From assembly GCA_964016885.1 (NCBI GenBank), contig OZ024742.1:61504001-61568000 (forward strand): a DNA stretch of 64,000 bases. The letters run 5' to 3'. The stretch is from Eledone cirrhosa (taxonomy: Eukaryota). The notes beneath the pieces are model-generated. The model had not been told where the DNA came from. It made no database searches and saw only the letters and a list, made by a program, of their open reading frames with translations. A program made the position numbers and the translations under genes. This document shows, piece after piece, positions 39,421 through 56,607 of this stretch (within the stretch, counting starts at the first letter, position 1; each line of letters opens with the position of its first letter).

Positions 39421-40192
39421 CACTAATCGAGACAAACTTCATTTAGCTTATGGCTGCCGCACTCAGATAATCTGATTTGCCTTTAATACTAGTTTAATGC
39501 AGATGATAACAAATGAGAAACTCATTGACACCACTTTGTATTTTGTCGTACTAAAAAGTTATTTTTTTTAACATCGTTTCTATTAGCTAATTTCTATTAT
39601 AACTACTAAAACGCTAGTTCAAAATCCTGCTGTTTTAGTTATTCCAGTATCTGTTATTCTAGTCGTAAAGCTTTCTTGTTTGTAATTTTCGTTTATGCTG
39701 TTTTGAATTTACTGTACTGTAATTTTTAACTTTTATTATAACTATTGGCACACTTGTTTATCGTAGCACTGAACTTTATGTCGATAACACAGTGATCAAC
39801 CAAGGGCAGCTACTAAGATAGCTTCCACATGGTCACAGCTTAGAACAGTCATAGCAAGATTTATATATGTTTATTAAACATAAACATATCGATTATGTCT
39901 TCATATATATCTCAATTAGGGATCAAGCTGTGTTAGTGTTGCTGCCAATTAATCTCAGCCACATTAATAATGCTTTAAATCAACTTCTCCAGTAGATGTT
40001 TTATACTCAACAGGCATATAAACATGGCTTATTCTAACTATAGTACCGAGTGTGTAGGTATCACTGATGATGGATAATTAATCCTGAAACACTAACACCT
40101 CACATGGCTACTTAAAGCAGTCGTAGGGAGGTTTATATACGTTTATTATACATAAATATATCGCATATGCCATCATATACTTCTTTTTATCC

Positions 40193-40350
40193 GGCGGCGA
40201 GTTGACAAAATCATTAAAATATTGGATAGAAAGTTTTGCGATATTTGTTCAGACTCTACGCTATGAGTTCAAATGCCGACGAGATCAACTTTGTCTTTCA
40301 TCCTTTTGAGGTCGATAAAAAAGAAAGTGCCAGTCCAAAACTGGAGTTGA
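40193..40350 (+). mobile_element. Diverged SINE of the same superfamily
   Basis: GGCGGCGAGTTG... GAGTTCAAATGCCG... TCTTTCATCCTTTTGAGGTCGATAAAA. Confidence 0.75.
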
Positions 40351-40560
40351 TTATTCTTCTATATCACTTTCTAACTTCCTCGTTATGACACCCTCTCTTT
40401 AGACTTGGAATGGAGATAAGCACCGTCAGGTTTAAAGAATGCTGAAGAAACGATGTATGTCATTGCGGCGTCACTACAACTCCAGCAGGAGTTACGGGTA
40501 CACACACACCCCTTTATTATGAATCACGCTATTTTAGTGCTACTACTAATGAAACCATCT

Positions 40561-40613
<53 letters not shown>

Positions 40614-41062
40614 TTTATATATAAATATTAATTCAACAGAGAAACCATCTTACAGGAATGAATACGTGGATTTTATTCAGTGCAAAAATACAACGTAATA
40701 TTACTTACGCTTCTTAGACGAATCCCAAATAGAAAGACGTATTTCGGCTAAATGCAACCTCTGACCTTTGCAGTTATACGAATAATGTGGATCTATCTCG
40801 AGTATCGTCTAGTCATCTTGGATTACTTCAACTGAAAATCGATGCCAAATATTTGATAGGATATGTGTCTCTCCAAATATTGAGAAATCTTATCTTAGCT
40901 CCTTTGGATGTTAGCTGTTGCTATAACAGGGAGTTATGGTCCCTCGATCAACAATATATATGTATATACCCATTTACACACATACACACATATACATATG
41001 TGTATATATGTATAAGTATGTATGTCTTTATTCATATATGTATGTGTGCGTATGTATATATA

Positions 41063-41162
<100 letters not shown>

Positions 41163-41221
41163 CATATATATATATATATTATATATATATATATATATCC
41201 ATCTATGTATGTGTGTTTATG

Positions 41222-41327
<106 letters not shown>

Positions 41328-41331
41328 CACA

Positions 41332-41380
<49 letters not shown>

Positions 41381-41807
41381 TATGTGTGTGTGTGTATATA
41401 TGTATATATATATATGCATACATATATGTGTGTGTGGATATTTATATGTGTATGTATGTGTACTTACAGCGACGCCTGTATTTTCCCCCTTCACAACGAA
41501 TATTGAAACAGTGGACAAACAATCTCGGCGAGACGTATATTCATTTAGCTATTCCTGGCTTTAAAATCACCGCTCCCTACTCCTCCTCCCTATCATCTTC
41601 CTATTTCCTTTCACCTCCTCTTGCTTTGTAATTCTCTTCATTTTCCTCCTTCTTCCTCTCCTATTTTTCGGGCGACTGCGACGGCGATGTGACGACAACG
41701 ACCTTGTTAAACTTTGAGTAAACATCTATGTAAACAATCTTCCTTAGAGCCAATACTAACTCGAAGTTACATAATTGATGTGTAAAACATTAGTGTTTGA
41801 CACACCT

Positions 41808-41882
<75 letters not shown>

Positions 41883-41885
<3 letters not shown>

Positions 41886-42120
41886 AGTGTAACTTGGAGT
41901 TACTGCAGGTTCACCCGGGTGAGTACTCGATGTTTAGGTTCACTTCTGTGTTGAGGTGTAGAGCTATACAGAGTATAATATATTGAAAGGATAACAAGGA
42001 CGATTGGTTACTCCTTCATTACATTTATTGGTAGGTGACGCGCGTTTCGCCACTGATCAGCTCAATGTTCGATCTGTATCGATCTCACCCAACTCAATAA
42101 TCGGCAGCTCGACGGACCCT
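41883..42120 (-). mobile_element. PLE terminal fragment in (TA)n with a hammerhead 3' half
   Basis: The minus strand has GAAA-CGCGCG-UC-ACCUAC then AAUAAA (42024-42048). GAGTACTC at 41921. Confidence 0.6.
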
Positions 42121-42691
42121 TTATATATATATATATATATATTGAAGAACAATTTATATTATGTAACTTTCTTGCCTGACACAAGTATATTAGCAACGTA
42201 AAAGAAGTGTTGTGGTTACTACTAATATGATTGGTCAAAGAGTTTCTTCGAATCTACACATATTTCTGCTTTTAACCCGTAACTCCTGAAAGAGTTGTTC
42301 GTTCGCCGTACTGACATTCAGCCTTTCTTAGGCCTTTTTTTTTAAACTGGTGTGGCTCATCTCTCTGGGTCTGAACACAGCCGATTTCTTTCAAAGAAAT
42401 CGGTAGATAGTGATAAAGAAGGAGTGGGAAAGTGGAAGGACGATCCGTGAACTGGTCTGGTACTATTTTTTTAATGACCGTGAAATGATGAATGGCAAAG
42501 TCGACCTTGGCGAGATTAGAACTCTGACGTTCTAACGACTTTGAAAGGTTCCCGCCGTCGAATATACGCTAGTTATGCGAAGCAGTATTCTACCAATACC
42601 TTCAATATATTTCTTTTATCGATCCGCAGCCTACTCATATCACTAATTAAAATCATAAAATTGAGTCTAAGCACAAACTTGATTCAACATA

Positions 42692-42870
42692 TAATTGTTT
42701 CTACATTTGGCACAAGGTCAGCAATTAACCAGTACATTACTGGTACTTTATTGTATCGACCCCGTAAGGATGAAAGGCAAAATTAACCTCGGCGGGATTT
42801 GAACTTAGATCGTAAAGGGACGTAACTATGCTGGAGAGCATGGCGTCCGACTCTCTATCTATACTGCCAA
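42692..42870 (-). mobile_element. tRNA-derived SINE
   Basis: Same family as 19943-20126. An older fragment lies at about 42455-42528. Confidence 0.9.
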
Positions 42871-43751
42871 TAAAAGATTATCAGTCATATCTAAAGGGTA
42901 AATATATGAAATAGGATATGAATTATATTAATTCGAAACTTCATATTTAGAAACAGGAAGATAGAAAATGGAAAAAAACGTTAGGGGTAAGAAATTGGTA
43001 GGTAAAGACTCTACATTCTTTTCCCGTACCTCTCAACTTTGCCCATGAACAAGATGGTGAAAGCTTTGCCTGGAGAACAGTTTGATATCCGCTGTATCAG
43101 CCATTCCACATCACAGGGTTCTTTGCTCGAACAAGATGCCCGCCTCTTGATTTTTCTACGAAAAATTGCGATCCAGAAACCGAGAACAGCGCATGTCTCA
43201 ATGGTTCCGGCACAAATAGGAAACTGACAGTCAAAGCTCATTATATATTAAATTATATTCCACTTCCATAAAAAAAAGAAAAGAATATTAGATACCCTTG
43301 CGGTATTTCTGAATTGTCTTTGCCTTCTGAGTTCAAATGCCGTCGTAGCGGCCATGGGTTGTAGACTACATTCGTCGCATGGTTTAACACCACCACCTGA
43401 CACTTGGATAGATTTAGTAAAGTACACTATGAGTAGAGGTTTGAGTAAGTTTCCGATTTGGGATAGCTCCTTCTCTCTCTTCTGTAACTTCCGGATGTGG
43501 TAAATAATCTCAGGAGCACTGCCGTATCTTCCTTCACTAAGCAATACAAGAAATGTTAGCACTAGAGAAAGCAAAGCTGTCCCTTCGTGAAAGTAGATGT
43601 ATTCAATTTGTGTGTATATATATATCTATATATCTCCCTCTCTCTCTATATATATATATATATCTTTTCATTTGGTTATTATGGCTCTAGATAAAGTCTA
43701 TTGAGCTTGCTTATTGAGAAACAAAATTCTAAATATATTTGATTCATTATC

Positions 43752-43806
<55 letters not shown>

Positions 43807-44308
43807 CAAGTACATAGTACCTGTTGAAGTATTCATCCACTTTTATAATTTTTCTCCTTATGTAGAGAACAAAACGTTGAATAATGCTGCTAATTTTAGT
43901 GGCAATATCAACATGTTTATAATAAACAGCTATTATCTGCGACCTGATTTTGCGTGTGTGTCATTTTAACGGCTTGACCGTATGCGTTGGGCAGGAAGCG
44001 AAATATTTACTTACTGTAGGGCTTGCAACCTTATAGTGTGGAAATAAGCTGTTTGAAGATTCATTTCTTTCTATTGGAAATTCTCTGGATTTCCAATCTT
44101 TTGGAATGATGAAGCCGTCGGTAACAGCACTAGAACAGGTGATTATTTAAAACGTTTTTTAATTTATTTAGAGAATTGTTTGATAACCGCTTGCTTCGCT
44201 ATTTTTTATATTGTTCTGGTATCTCGAATTAGTACCATTGAACCACAAATATTATAAACACCTTGCTTATTTCTACAAGTACATAGTACCTGTTGAAGTA
44301 TCCATCCA

Positions 44309-44685
<377 letters not shown>

Positions 44686-46397
44686 ACATGTCAACAACGA
44701 CACTATTATTGTGTCTTTCGATGTAGTGAATCTCTACACAACGATCCCACACCAATACGGACTAGAAGCAATAGGATTCTGGCTAGAGAAATATCCCAAT
44801 GAGATACCTGACAGAATAGAAAAAAGCTTCATCACCGAGGTATTAAAATTCATCTTACAGAACAACTTCTTTGATTTCGATGGCAATAATTACAAGCAAA
44901 TATCGGGGACTGCGATGGGTACAAAAGCCGCTCCAACTTATGCCAACTTAGTCATGGCATACTTAGAAGTGCAGATATATGAACAGTCCAAATCAAAATA
45001 CGGATTGAACTTCCACAAATATTTATCAGAGAATTGGAAACGCTACTTGGATGATTGTCTCATTCTTTGGTCCCACACACTCGACCAACTGAAGGATTTC
45101 AAAAACCTAATAAACGGCATTAATAACCACATCCAATTCACAATGGAATACAGCCAAGATAACTCCCATTTCTGGACATCTTAATCTTAAAAAAGACACA
45201 AATATCGAAACTGACATACACTACAAACTAACAGATTCCAAACAATACCTGCTATTCGCCTCCAACCATCCAAAGCACACGAAGACGAACATTCCTTTTA
45301 ACCTAACAAGAAGAATTTGAACAATTGTCTCCAATTATGAAACGCGAAATAAAAGACTTCAAGAATTAAAGGAAATTCTACTCGAAAGAGAGTACCCACT
45401 ATTACTAATAAATAATGGAATAGAAAGGGTTAAAGTAATAGGCATTGATGAATTACGAAAACAGAAACAAATTCAAGGTACGTCCAATATTCTATCATAT
45501 ATCTCAACACACAATCCAAGAAATGCGGAAGCTTACAACACTATTCACAAGAAGATCCCACTACTAAAACAAAACCCAAGAATGAAAAAAGCCCTTGAAA
45601 CACACAAAATAATCAAAAGCAAAAGACAACCGAAATCACTGAAAACATTACTCACCAATGCCAAATTACCTACCACAAACCCACAACCAAGTATCAAAAA
45701 ATGTGGTCGCTCTAATTGTGGAACCTGCACTCACCTCATTGAAGGCAACACGTATACATTTAAATCAGGAAAACATTTTACTGTAAAAAATCACTTCACT
45801 TGCTCATCAAAAAATCTACTTTATGCCATTAAATGTAAAGGATGCAATGAAGATTATATAGGACAAACTAAACTCACACTCAGAAACAGAATGACAGTTC
45901 ATCGCCAACAATTACGAGATCCAACCACGAGACAGGTACCACTAAGCGCACATCTAGACATTTGCGCAAGTAATAAGACACCCAAATTCCAAGTCTTCCC
46001 ATTTTACCTTTGCGCTAACAATACAACAGAACAAATACGAATAAATAAGGAAAATATGTTTATTCAAAAATATAGACCAGCATTAAATATGGTTTAATAT
46101 ACATTATGTCAACACCATAACATGCTAACTATCCAAACAGACACATACACACACACATAACACCTACTTTAGAAAATAAAAACCAGATGTGAGAAAAACC
46201 ACAGACCCTCCATCTCAACTCTACTTTTGAAAAGCAGAAGAACTGCGAAACCGGTAAATGAACCAAATAAATATATATATTTTTAAAAAAAATAAGACTC
46301 CAGTTGCATTTTCGAATTCATCTTTTTTTCATTATACTTTCACTCGTGTAGGACACCTCGGTTATTTTTCATTTTGTAAAAAAAACCTCACTTTCTA
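44686..46397 (+). mobile_element. Penelope-like element (Neptune-type), 5'-truncated and disrupted, in (TA)n
   Basis: Motifs [28 protein letters not shown], linker CGRSNCGTC and LLYAIKC...YIGQT...R...H. Two frameshifts near 45160-45200 and TGA at 45318. Confidence 0.9.
46225..46258 (+). ncRNA. Minimal hammerhead core, U3-A8 variant, weak stem I
   Basis: TT-TTGAAAA-GCAG AAGAA CTGC-GAAA-CCGG-TA-AA. Confidence 0.65.
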
Positions 46398-47805
<1,408 letters not shown>

Positions 47806-47910
47806 ACACATACAAATAATGAATCAAAACATATCAAATATATTTAAAATTGTGTTTCTCAATAAGCAAGCTCAATAGACTTTATCTAGAGCCATAATAA
47901 CCAAATGAAA

Positions 47911-48044
<134 letters not shown>

Positions 48045-48188
48045 GGGGGAGAAAGAGTCATATATCGGACATGAAACACGATATAGACCAAATACATATT
48101 CTATAGAAGAATATATACATAGGTGGAATCGTAAGTGAAACCTTGCTTATTGAGAGACACAACATTCTAAACATATTTTCATTCATTA

Positions 48189-48464
48189 TTGGCAGTATCG
48201 GTAGAGGGTCGGACGCCATGCTTTCCAGCATAGGTACGTCCCTTTACGATCTGAGTTCAAATCCCGCCGAGGTTGACTTTGCCTTTCATCCTTACGGGGT
48301 CGATAAAATAAAGTACCAGTAATGCACTGGATAATTGCTGGCCTTGTGCCTAAAGTAGAAACAATTATTGGTATTTACCTTACGGGGTCGATAAAATAAA
48401 GTACCAGTAATGCACTGGGTAATTGCTGGCCTTGTGCCAAAAGTAGAAACAATTATTGGTATTT
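48189..48464 (+). mobile_element. tRNA-derived SINE with tandem duplication of its 3' half and flank
   Basis: About 48290-48377 is repeated at 48378-48464. Confidence 0.9.
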
Positions 48465-48969
48465 AACGCCCCCAAACCTCGGTGGCTACAATCACCGCTC
48501 CTATTTCTAGCGGATTTATTGTCCAGCTTGTGTACATCTATTTGCCTTGGGTTTAACGTGATTTCACCATGTGCTTCTCAGCATGACGGTCGCCTTGTAC
48601 TTAGCTGTAGATATTCGTAGGTATATTGATTGATTTACCATTTTCATTCTATATTTCCCTTAGAACGATGAGACTAACCCGATGAGTATCTGAGTCTCAT
48701 GTGGTTTAATCTTAATCAACAGTTTGTCTTCGATGATCGATTGTATTGATTGATGTTTTCGATGATCTATTATATAGATTGATTTTTAGCCACACTCTCA
48801 GGTATGAAATAGCGCTATAAGGTTTTACTTGCGATTCCACCCGTGTTCATATTCTTCTATAGAATGTGTATTTCGTATATATACAATATACCGTGTTTCT
48901 TGTACTATAAGTGGTTCCTTCTCTCTATATATATGCATATATATATATATTGGTTATATATATATATAT

Positions 48970-49025
<56 letters not shown>

Positions 49026-49268
49026 GATTTTCATCATTTATATCACACAGTCAAACGCTTTTCACCTTTTGAATTAAATCAGAGTTGTCATATCAAAAGT
49101 TTCTCATTTTTTTTTAAGTAATAGAAATCAAGTGTTACATTATTACTTAAAATAAACAAAAAATATTTCCAAACAACAAAGTAGATCTACTATACATAAA
49201 TGATTCCCGAGCGCTCTTGATTAGATTTATTTATAGTGATACATGTTTTATACACACACACACACACC

Positions 49269-49365
<97 letters not shown>

Positions 49366-49410
49366 TTGTATGTATGCATCTATGTATGTATATATATATG
49401 TATGTATATA

Positions 49411-49490
<80 letters not shown>

Positions 49491-49510
49491 CATATATATA
49501 TATATATATG

Positions 49511-49561
<51 letters not shown>

Positions 49562-49566
49562 ATATG

Positions 49567-49626
<60 letters not shown>

Positions 49627-50007
49627 TATTCATATAAATATATGTTTATGTATGGATGGATCTGTGTGTGTAAGTAAAAGTAAACAAATACATTAACTTT
49701 GAATTTAAAAAGAAATGTATGTATGTTAAATATATTTCAAATATATATATATGTGTGTGTTTGTGTGAGATTGTGTGTGTGTGTATATATATATATATAC
49801 ATATGCACATTAAATTTAGAAATATATGCATGTAAAAATGTATAAATGTATATAAAATTTAAGTTAAAAAAATACATGTACTTTAAATCAAAATAAAATA
49901 CATGTATATATAAATACATAAAATTTGAATGTATGGAAAATATGAGTGTCTAGATATGGAAAGGTATAAAATATATATTTGAAAAAGATATTTTTATGTA
50001 TGTATGT

Positions 50008-50072
<65 letters not shown>

Positions 50073-50245
50073 GGCGGTGGTTTGGCAGTATCGGTAGAGC
50101 GTCAGACACCATGCTTTGCAGCATAGAGTTATGGCCCTTTGTGTTCTGAGTTCAAATCCGCCGAGGTTAACTTTGCCTTTCATCCTTACGGAGTCGATAA
50201 AATAAAATTCCAGTGATGCACTGGAGTAATCGCTGGCCTTGTGCT
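50073..50245 (+). mobile_element. tRNA-derived SINE inside a (GATA)n tract, 3' tip missing
   Basis: Same family. (GATA)n at 50009-50070 and 50247-50284. Confidence 0.9.
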
Positions 50246-50284
50246 ATAGAGATAGAAAGATAGATAGATAGACAGATAGATAGA

Positions 50285-52592
50285 TTTCTTTATTTGCCAC
50301 AAGGGCACACAAGAAAAAGGGACAATACAAAGACATGCCGGGGATTTTACATACAGTCGTGTAAAAAATATAAAACAAACAATTACAACAATCGAAATCC
50401 GCAATAGGGGGGAAGCGCTACAAATGTGTTGTTTAATACCCCGTCGATAGAACAACCCTCAACTCCAGGAGCGTGTTGTGCAAGTGCTCCTTTCTTCCTT
50501 TTGCTCTCTTCTTTAACCTGCAGGTTTATAAACAGAGAAGGCCCAATCACTTGGGCCATTTTCGCTTCATTCACCCACCTATCAGTAAATTTACTGGGGT
50601 GCAGTGCCTCTCTCTCCACTCTGATTGTCCTTCTAAAGTGATACTTAAAGAAGGGAATCAATTGTTGTCCGGAGAGAAAGGCATCTGCCCTCAGTCCTCT
50701 CAATCTCGTCCACCATATAACTTCTTTCACCATAGCCACTGTACAGAGGAAAACCACCTCTCTTTCGTTTTTGATGAAAGAGGCTGGCAGTTTGATCCTT
50801 ACTATGGATTCGGCAGTCAACTGGATTTGTTCCATACGCGACAGCAGTTGTTCTGCATAGTTCCACAGATCTGTCACGCCCGGGCAGTGTACAATTGCGT
50901 GCAGGACTGTTTCAATGTCCTGCGCGCATCTTGGACACGTCTTCTTCGAAGGATCCCTGCCGGGGCGTCCGTGCCTGTAGATCTTGTCACGAACCGGTAG
51001 AGCTCCTCGGTAGCACTGCCAGGCCAGGGACCTCTGGAAGTTGTCCATAGGTCCCGCGCGGAAAGTCCTACCAAACAGACTGGTGAGCTCATCGTCTTCG
51101 ACGCCCAGAGTCTCTCCGAGCACGTCGTCGCCCTTGCAACGTAGAACCCCTCTATAGAATGTCGAAGTGGAGTCTCCACTGATTGCTGCGCCCGCTTGCC
51201 AGAGGACTGTGAGCGCCTGAGCGCATTCAATGTGCCAGGCGCCCATCGTTGTCGGTCTTTTCGTGACCCAGTACTGCAACTCCGTCAGCGAGACGAGCTG
51301 TGGGAAAACCTGTCTCACAAACTGTTCCCACACCGGTTGGGGGTCGGTGAGGAACACCTGGAGATGCCGCAGCCTCAGCGCATGTTTGCACATCATCAGC
51401 CACGGCATTACCAGCCCTCCGTTGTAAGGGTGTTGGCAGCAGATGGATCTCCTCACCAGCGGAGCCTGCTTCTTCCACAGAAACTGGAAGAGCATGCGTT
51501 CCATCTTGGTGAGGTGTTCACGGGGACAAGGCACGACAGTCAAGCGGTAGTAGATGACGAACGCTATGAAAGTTTTCGGCACCTCCACTCGACCTTTCAA
51601 GGACAGTTTGCACTCTGCCCACTTCTAGGTGAGCGCAAACACCTTGGCCGTGACCTCGTTCCAGTTTTTTCTCCACCTGGAGGTCTGGACCAAACCAGAA
51701 CCCGAATAATTTCACCGGTCCGTCCAGCGTCCAACGACGCTGTCGGACGTCATCGGTTTGCCTCTCCACGTACCGAGTTGCAAACCGACAGACTTGTCCG
51801 GGTTTAGTTTTGCTCCCGTCAGCGTTTCGTGTTATTTCAGTAAGTTGCCGATAACCTCAATTTCCGAGGTGATTTGTGCAGTCCCGGTTCTAGAGGGATA
51901 CCCTGCAAGAGCTCCAATTTCCGCAGTAGTGGCTCTAGAGTCAACACATACAGAATGGAGGAGAGAGGGCACCCCTGTCGAATGGAACGCGTGATTGCAA
52001 ACGGCTTCGATAGGTAGCCGTTCACCTTGACCCTCGAGCAGATGCTGGTGTGCATCGCCTCGATCCAGCTTCTGAAAACGGGACCGAAACCGGCCCGCCT
52101 TGAGAACCGCTTCCAAGTATCGATGGTCGACCCTATCGAATGCCTTAGGCTGATCCAAATTGATCAGAGCACCACCGAAGCCGGGTTTACTACCCACCCT
52201 CTCTATGATGTATCGCATGGGTGGAGGTTGTCGTGTATGGACCTGGTCGGGATTGCACATGTTTGCGCTTTCCCTACCAGGTTCTCGACGACAAGCGACA
52301 ACCTCGTCGCTAGCACCTTGGCCAAAATGTTTAAGAGTTATGGGCTTGAAGTTGTTAATTTCGTCCCCCTTGTTCTCGTCTTTCCTGATCAGCGTTACTA
52401 CGCCCTTGCCTGCAGAACTGGGAATTCTCCCGTTCTGCTGCCAATTGCAGTAGACGGCTTCGAGGACGCCAGAGGACAAGTCCGTCATGCCTATGTAAAA
52501 CTCATAGGGTAGACCGTCTAGACCTGGTGACTTGCGTTTCCCGCAGCGGCCCAGAGCGTCCTGTATCTCAGTGTCCGTGATCGGTCTTTCGC
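50285..52592 (-). mobile_element. Tx1/L1-clade LINE copy C, 5'-truncated, disrupted ORF2
   Basis: Motifs KSPGLDGLP, KAFDRVDH, QGCPLS and CPRC...ETVLHAIVHC. The YADD region is deleted near 51880. GATA repeats at both junctions. Confidence 0.93.
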
Positions 52593-52632
52593 AGATAGAT
52601 AAATAGATAGATACATAGATAGATATACGTAC

Positions 52633-52680
<48 letters not shown>

Positions 52681-53429
52681 CAATGGCGTGCTGTGTGGTT
52701 GCAAATGGGTTACATATGAATAAAATTAGTCCTTCATCAGTGATCTTCCAGCCTTCATTGGTATTTCATCGCTTTAAAGATCATATACCTCTGGTTGGTG
52801 CGAGCAACGGCTAAAGAAAGTCGTTGGGACACGTAAATAGGAGGAACGAGCGAGACAGTAAACAAACAAACAAAGATGGTAATGCAACGAAAAGTGGGGA
52901 AGAAGGAGTCAAGTCCCTGAAATCGATGAACATAAGTTCTGTGAAATCGTAGATGAGAGAAAAAAGACCATCCAACCTGGTTGAAATGTTAGCAAGGAAA
53001 GGATTTCGCACAGGTCATACGGGAAGAAGTGATGGAGAGGGAGTAGCAGAGAGTGAGTGAATGAAAGTGTGAGGAAGAGGCTAACTGAGAGAGTGACTGG
53101 CAGAGGGGGTAAAAAGAAAGTGAGAGATACAGAGAAAGAGGAAGCAGTAAGAAAGAAACAGACGGGTCACAGCGGAGGAAAATATATAAATATATGAAAA
53201 AATGGCGTGCTGCGTGGTTGCAAATGGGTTACATATGAATAAAAATATATATGGGACAAGTTATCGTTATAGGTAATGCAGTTAGAGGTTGTTAGTACAT
53301 GGATAGTTTTAACGTACGGCTTCGTTTGACTCAATGAGATGCTTCCATAGTTATGCAGCGAGTTCGCGGTAATTTCTATGCAGGTTATACTTGGAGTAAT
53401 AATAGTTAAAGAATGAAGAGTAACATGGT

Positions 53430-53671
53430 TGTACAATATGGGCTTTATTTAAAGTACTGACAATTGTTTCGTTGATCAGGTGAGTCTAGAGTTCGCTATA
53501 TAAGTCTTGCCTCTAGTGAATTACTTTCATATCTACGTACTCTGATGTGTTTACCAGAGGTAAATAATGTATTGGAGATCGAATGACGCAACCTCAAGCG
53601 ATTAGCGAACTCTAGACTCACATGATCAACGAAACAATTGTCAGTACTTTAAATAAAGCCCTTATTGTACA
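53430..53671 (+). mobile_element. Fold-back PLE terminus containing a hammerhead with long stem II insert (53537-53647)
   Basis: Arms at 53430-53498 and 53603-53671. GTACT-CTGATGT-GTT...AAC-GAAA-CAATTG-TC-AGTAC, then AATAAA. Confidence 0.75.
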
Positions 53672-54215
53672 TATATACAATTTTAATGTGTGTTTATATA
53701 TACATATAAGTTAGGGTATAAAGATGTTTGGGTTGCCGGTTTATTTTAATTCTATGCATATATACACATATATGCGTATAAACATATCATTGTGAAAGCA
53801 GAATTAAAATGTTTTTATCAAACATACCCTATATCTTTAGATATACGAAATTCACATAGTTCTATGTATACAGTTATGTTGAGGCTAAATTCTAATTCTA
53901 CTTTCAATTTGAGCCAATTTACACCGCTCCAAATGCAAATGAGTCCCATCTACACAGGCGAAAAAACTATATATTTTCACCTGTTTCAATTTTTAGCAGA
54001 GAGCAGGGGAAGCACTGTTCTAATGATAGTCAGGGCTTGAAATGTGCATAGACAGAGACATTTGTTCTTCTGCGTCGCTTCTGGAATCTTAGCCATCAGT
54101 TTTTCAATATTCATAGCTAGCCTTTCCAAATTTTTATTTATCAAACATACCATATATCATTAGATATACGAAATTCACACACACACACACATACATACAT
54201 ACATACATACATACA

Positions 54216-54520
<305 letters not shown>

Positions 54521-55141
54521 CTAATTTTGAAGAAAATAATATGTATATATACATGTATGTGTATATGTGCAGAGAATTAAAATAAACCAACAACCCAAAC
54601 ATCTTTACACCCTTACTTTCTGCACCGGAATTAAAATTATTTTCTTCATTAATTTTATCTTCATAATTTACTACCGAAATCTTTAATTAAAATGATGGAC
54701 GAAACACGATATCACTTTTAATTTCGTTTTATGGCGAAAATAACACAAGCGTGCATGCTTTCCTTGCATGCTTATGAGTGATATGAGTAACAAATAGAAA
54801 TCGCGAAACTTCAGCTTTTTAATGGAAAATTCTAAGATGTTGATGAGACATCACGATTCTATAAGGAAAAAGATGATTTAATCTGTACACAAGCTTCTAT
54901 ATTACTTGAATCCTTTTATATTACTCTCAACGAAGCAGATAATTTTTCTCTCGGATGACACGTAGGGATCCCGCACTTGGCGTTAAAATCTCGTTGGTTC
55001 ACATTGTTTTCTTCGTTAAGAATGTGTGTGTGCGTGTGCGTGTGTGTGTGTTTAAGTGTATCTTTTTTGTATCTCAGTAATTATTATATGTATATGTGTG
55101 TGTGTGAGTGCGCGCACAAGTATGCTGCATATATATATATA

Positions 55142-55176
<35 letters not shown>

Positions 55177-55295
55177 TAGAGAGAGTGCGCGCACAAATAT
55201 GCTGCATATATATATATATGTATATATATATATGTAGGTGTGTGTATGTGCATGTGTGTTTGTGCGCGTGAGTGCGCGCACAAGTATACTGTGTA

Positions 55296-55372
<77 letters not shown>

Positions 55373-55739
55373 ATATATATATACAATTTTATCATCTTTT
55401 CAAATTCATACTTTATTTTATAAGTTAATATTTCAAACGTGGATTATTCTGGAAATTTCTATAACAAACACAGTTGATTTTTTTATGATGACTAATCTGA
55501 AGTTTAAAGCTCTTTGAAACGATAGTGGACCGCCAATTTAATTGCGTAGTTGAGAAATTTACTTCGTACCCACGTAGCATCAGATTCTGTCCCACTCCGC
55601 GGCACCTTGGTCCAGTATTTTCTATCGTAGACATGTTTGACTAATGTCTTGTGAGCGAAATGTGTTACACTGAAAGTGGAGTAACCTGTCGTATATGTAT
55701 TTTTGTATGTGTGTTTGTATATATTTATGTATATTCTTA

Positions 55740-56532
55740 GGGTCGACGTACAGGCATCACTATAAAAAGCTTAAAAGGTTTCACCAAATGTGACTCAAAA
55801 GGATTGCTGGAATTGACTAGAGGCACTACGTAAGTGACGCAGAGGTTCTTGAGAAAAAGCACTGTCAAAGTATCGAATCTCTTGTTCTGAAAACCAGGCT
55901 GAGAATGTTTACATGGACACATAGGTGACAGCGAGCTTCCCGAGAGGATTTTGTATAATGAACCCGCCTGTGGAAAGCGACTACCTCATAAACCTAAAAA
56001 AATATATAAGGAGTGTCTTGAAGAGTCACTTATACATATTGGCATCACTATTCCAGCTTGGGAAACTGATGTCTCTGATAGAAGTTTATTGTATTCGAGT
56101 CATCTTGGGTACAACAAATTAAAAGGGATTTCAGAAAAGGCCTCGCTATCGAATTACCATAACAAACTGGTAATGTTCATGATTTAACATACGAAATCTG
56201 TAACAGATTCTGATTCAGCACAGCCAGTCAGAAAAGTCATCTTCGGAGTTATGATTACCAAATTATCAATTTTCGATTGCCAAATTTCCATAGCCGGAAA
56301 CACAACATACACACGCAGTATCTGTAGCAAAGAATGCAGGTCAACTGGCAGTCGAAAAAGGCACCTCAACGTGCATAATGAGCAGCAAGCCACCAATAAT
56401 GTTATAATGAGTGCGTTGCATACCTGCTAACTCTGTGAAAAACTTGCAGGAGTAAAAAGCCTTATTCGTTCGCAGCACTCACGCTGATATTGTTTAATAT
56501 CCATACTCGATCACGGTGTGGCTGCTATCATT
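55740..56532 (+). pseudogene. Decayed RTE-clade LINE 3' portion ending in (ATGT)n
   Basis: Reads KLKRFHQM.LKRIAGID...DAEVLE, LPERILYNE...KPKKIYKECL...WE..SDRS and CSICSKEC. Confidence 0.75.
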
Positions 56533-56607
56533 TATGTATGTATGTATGTATGTATGTATGTATGTATGTATGTATGTATGTATGTATGTATGTATGTATG
56601 TATGTAT

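Noticed and set aside
43011-43574. Short non-repetitive ORFs, one with a hydrophobic start, as possible host exons
   Set aside because: No recognisable domain, no convincing splice sites, and 43325-43342 looks like a SINE B-box fragment.
45318-45320. In-frame TGA at a likely Cys position (RRI*T) of the Neptune-type ORF, as possible selenocysteine
   Set aside because: The copy also has two frameshifts and I see no SECIS-like AUGA hairpin in the short 3' UTR, so a TGY-to-TGA mutation is simpler. The family consensus would settle it.
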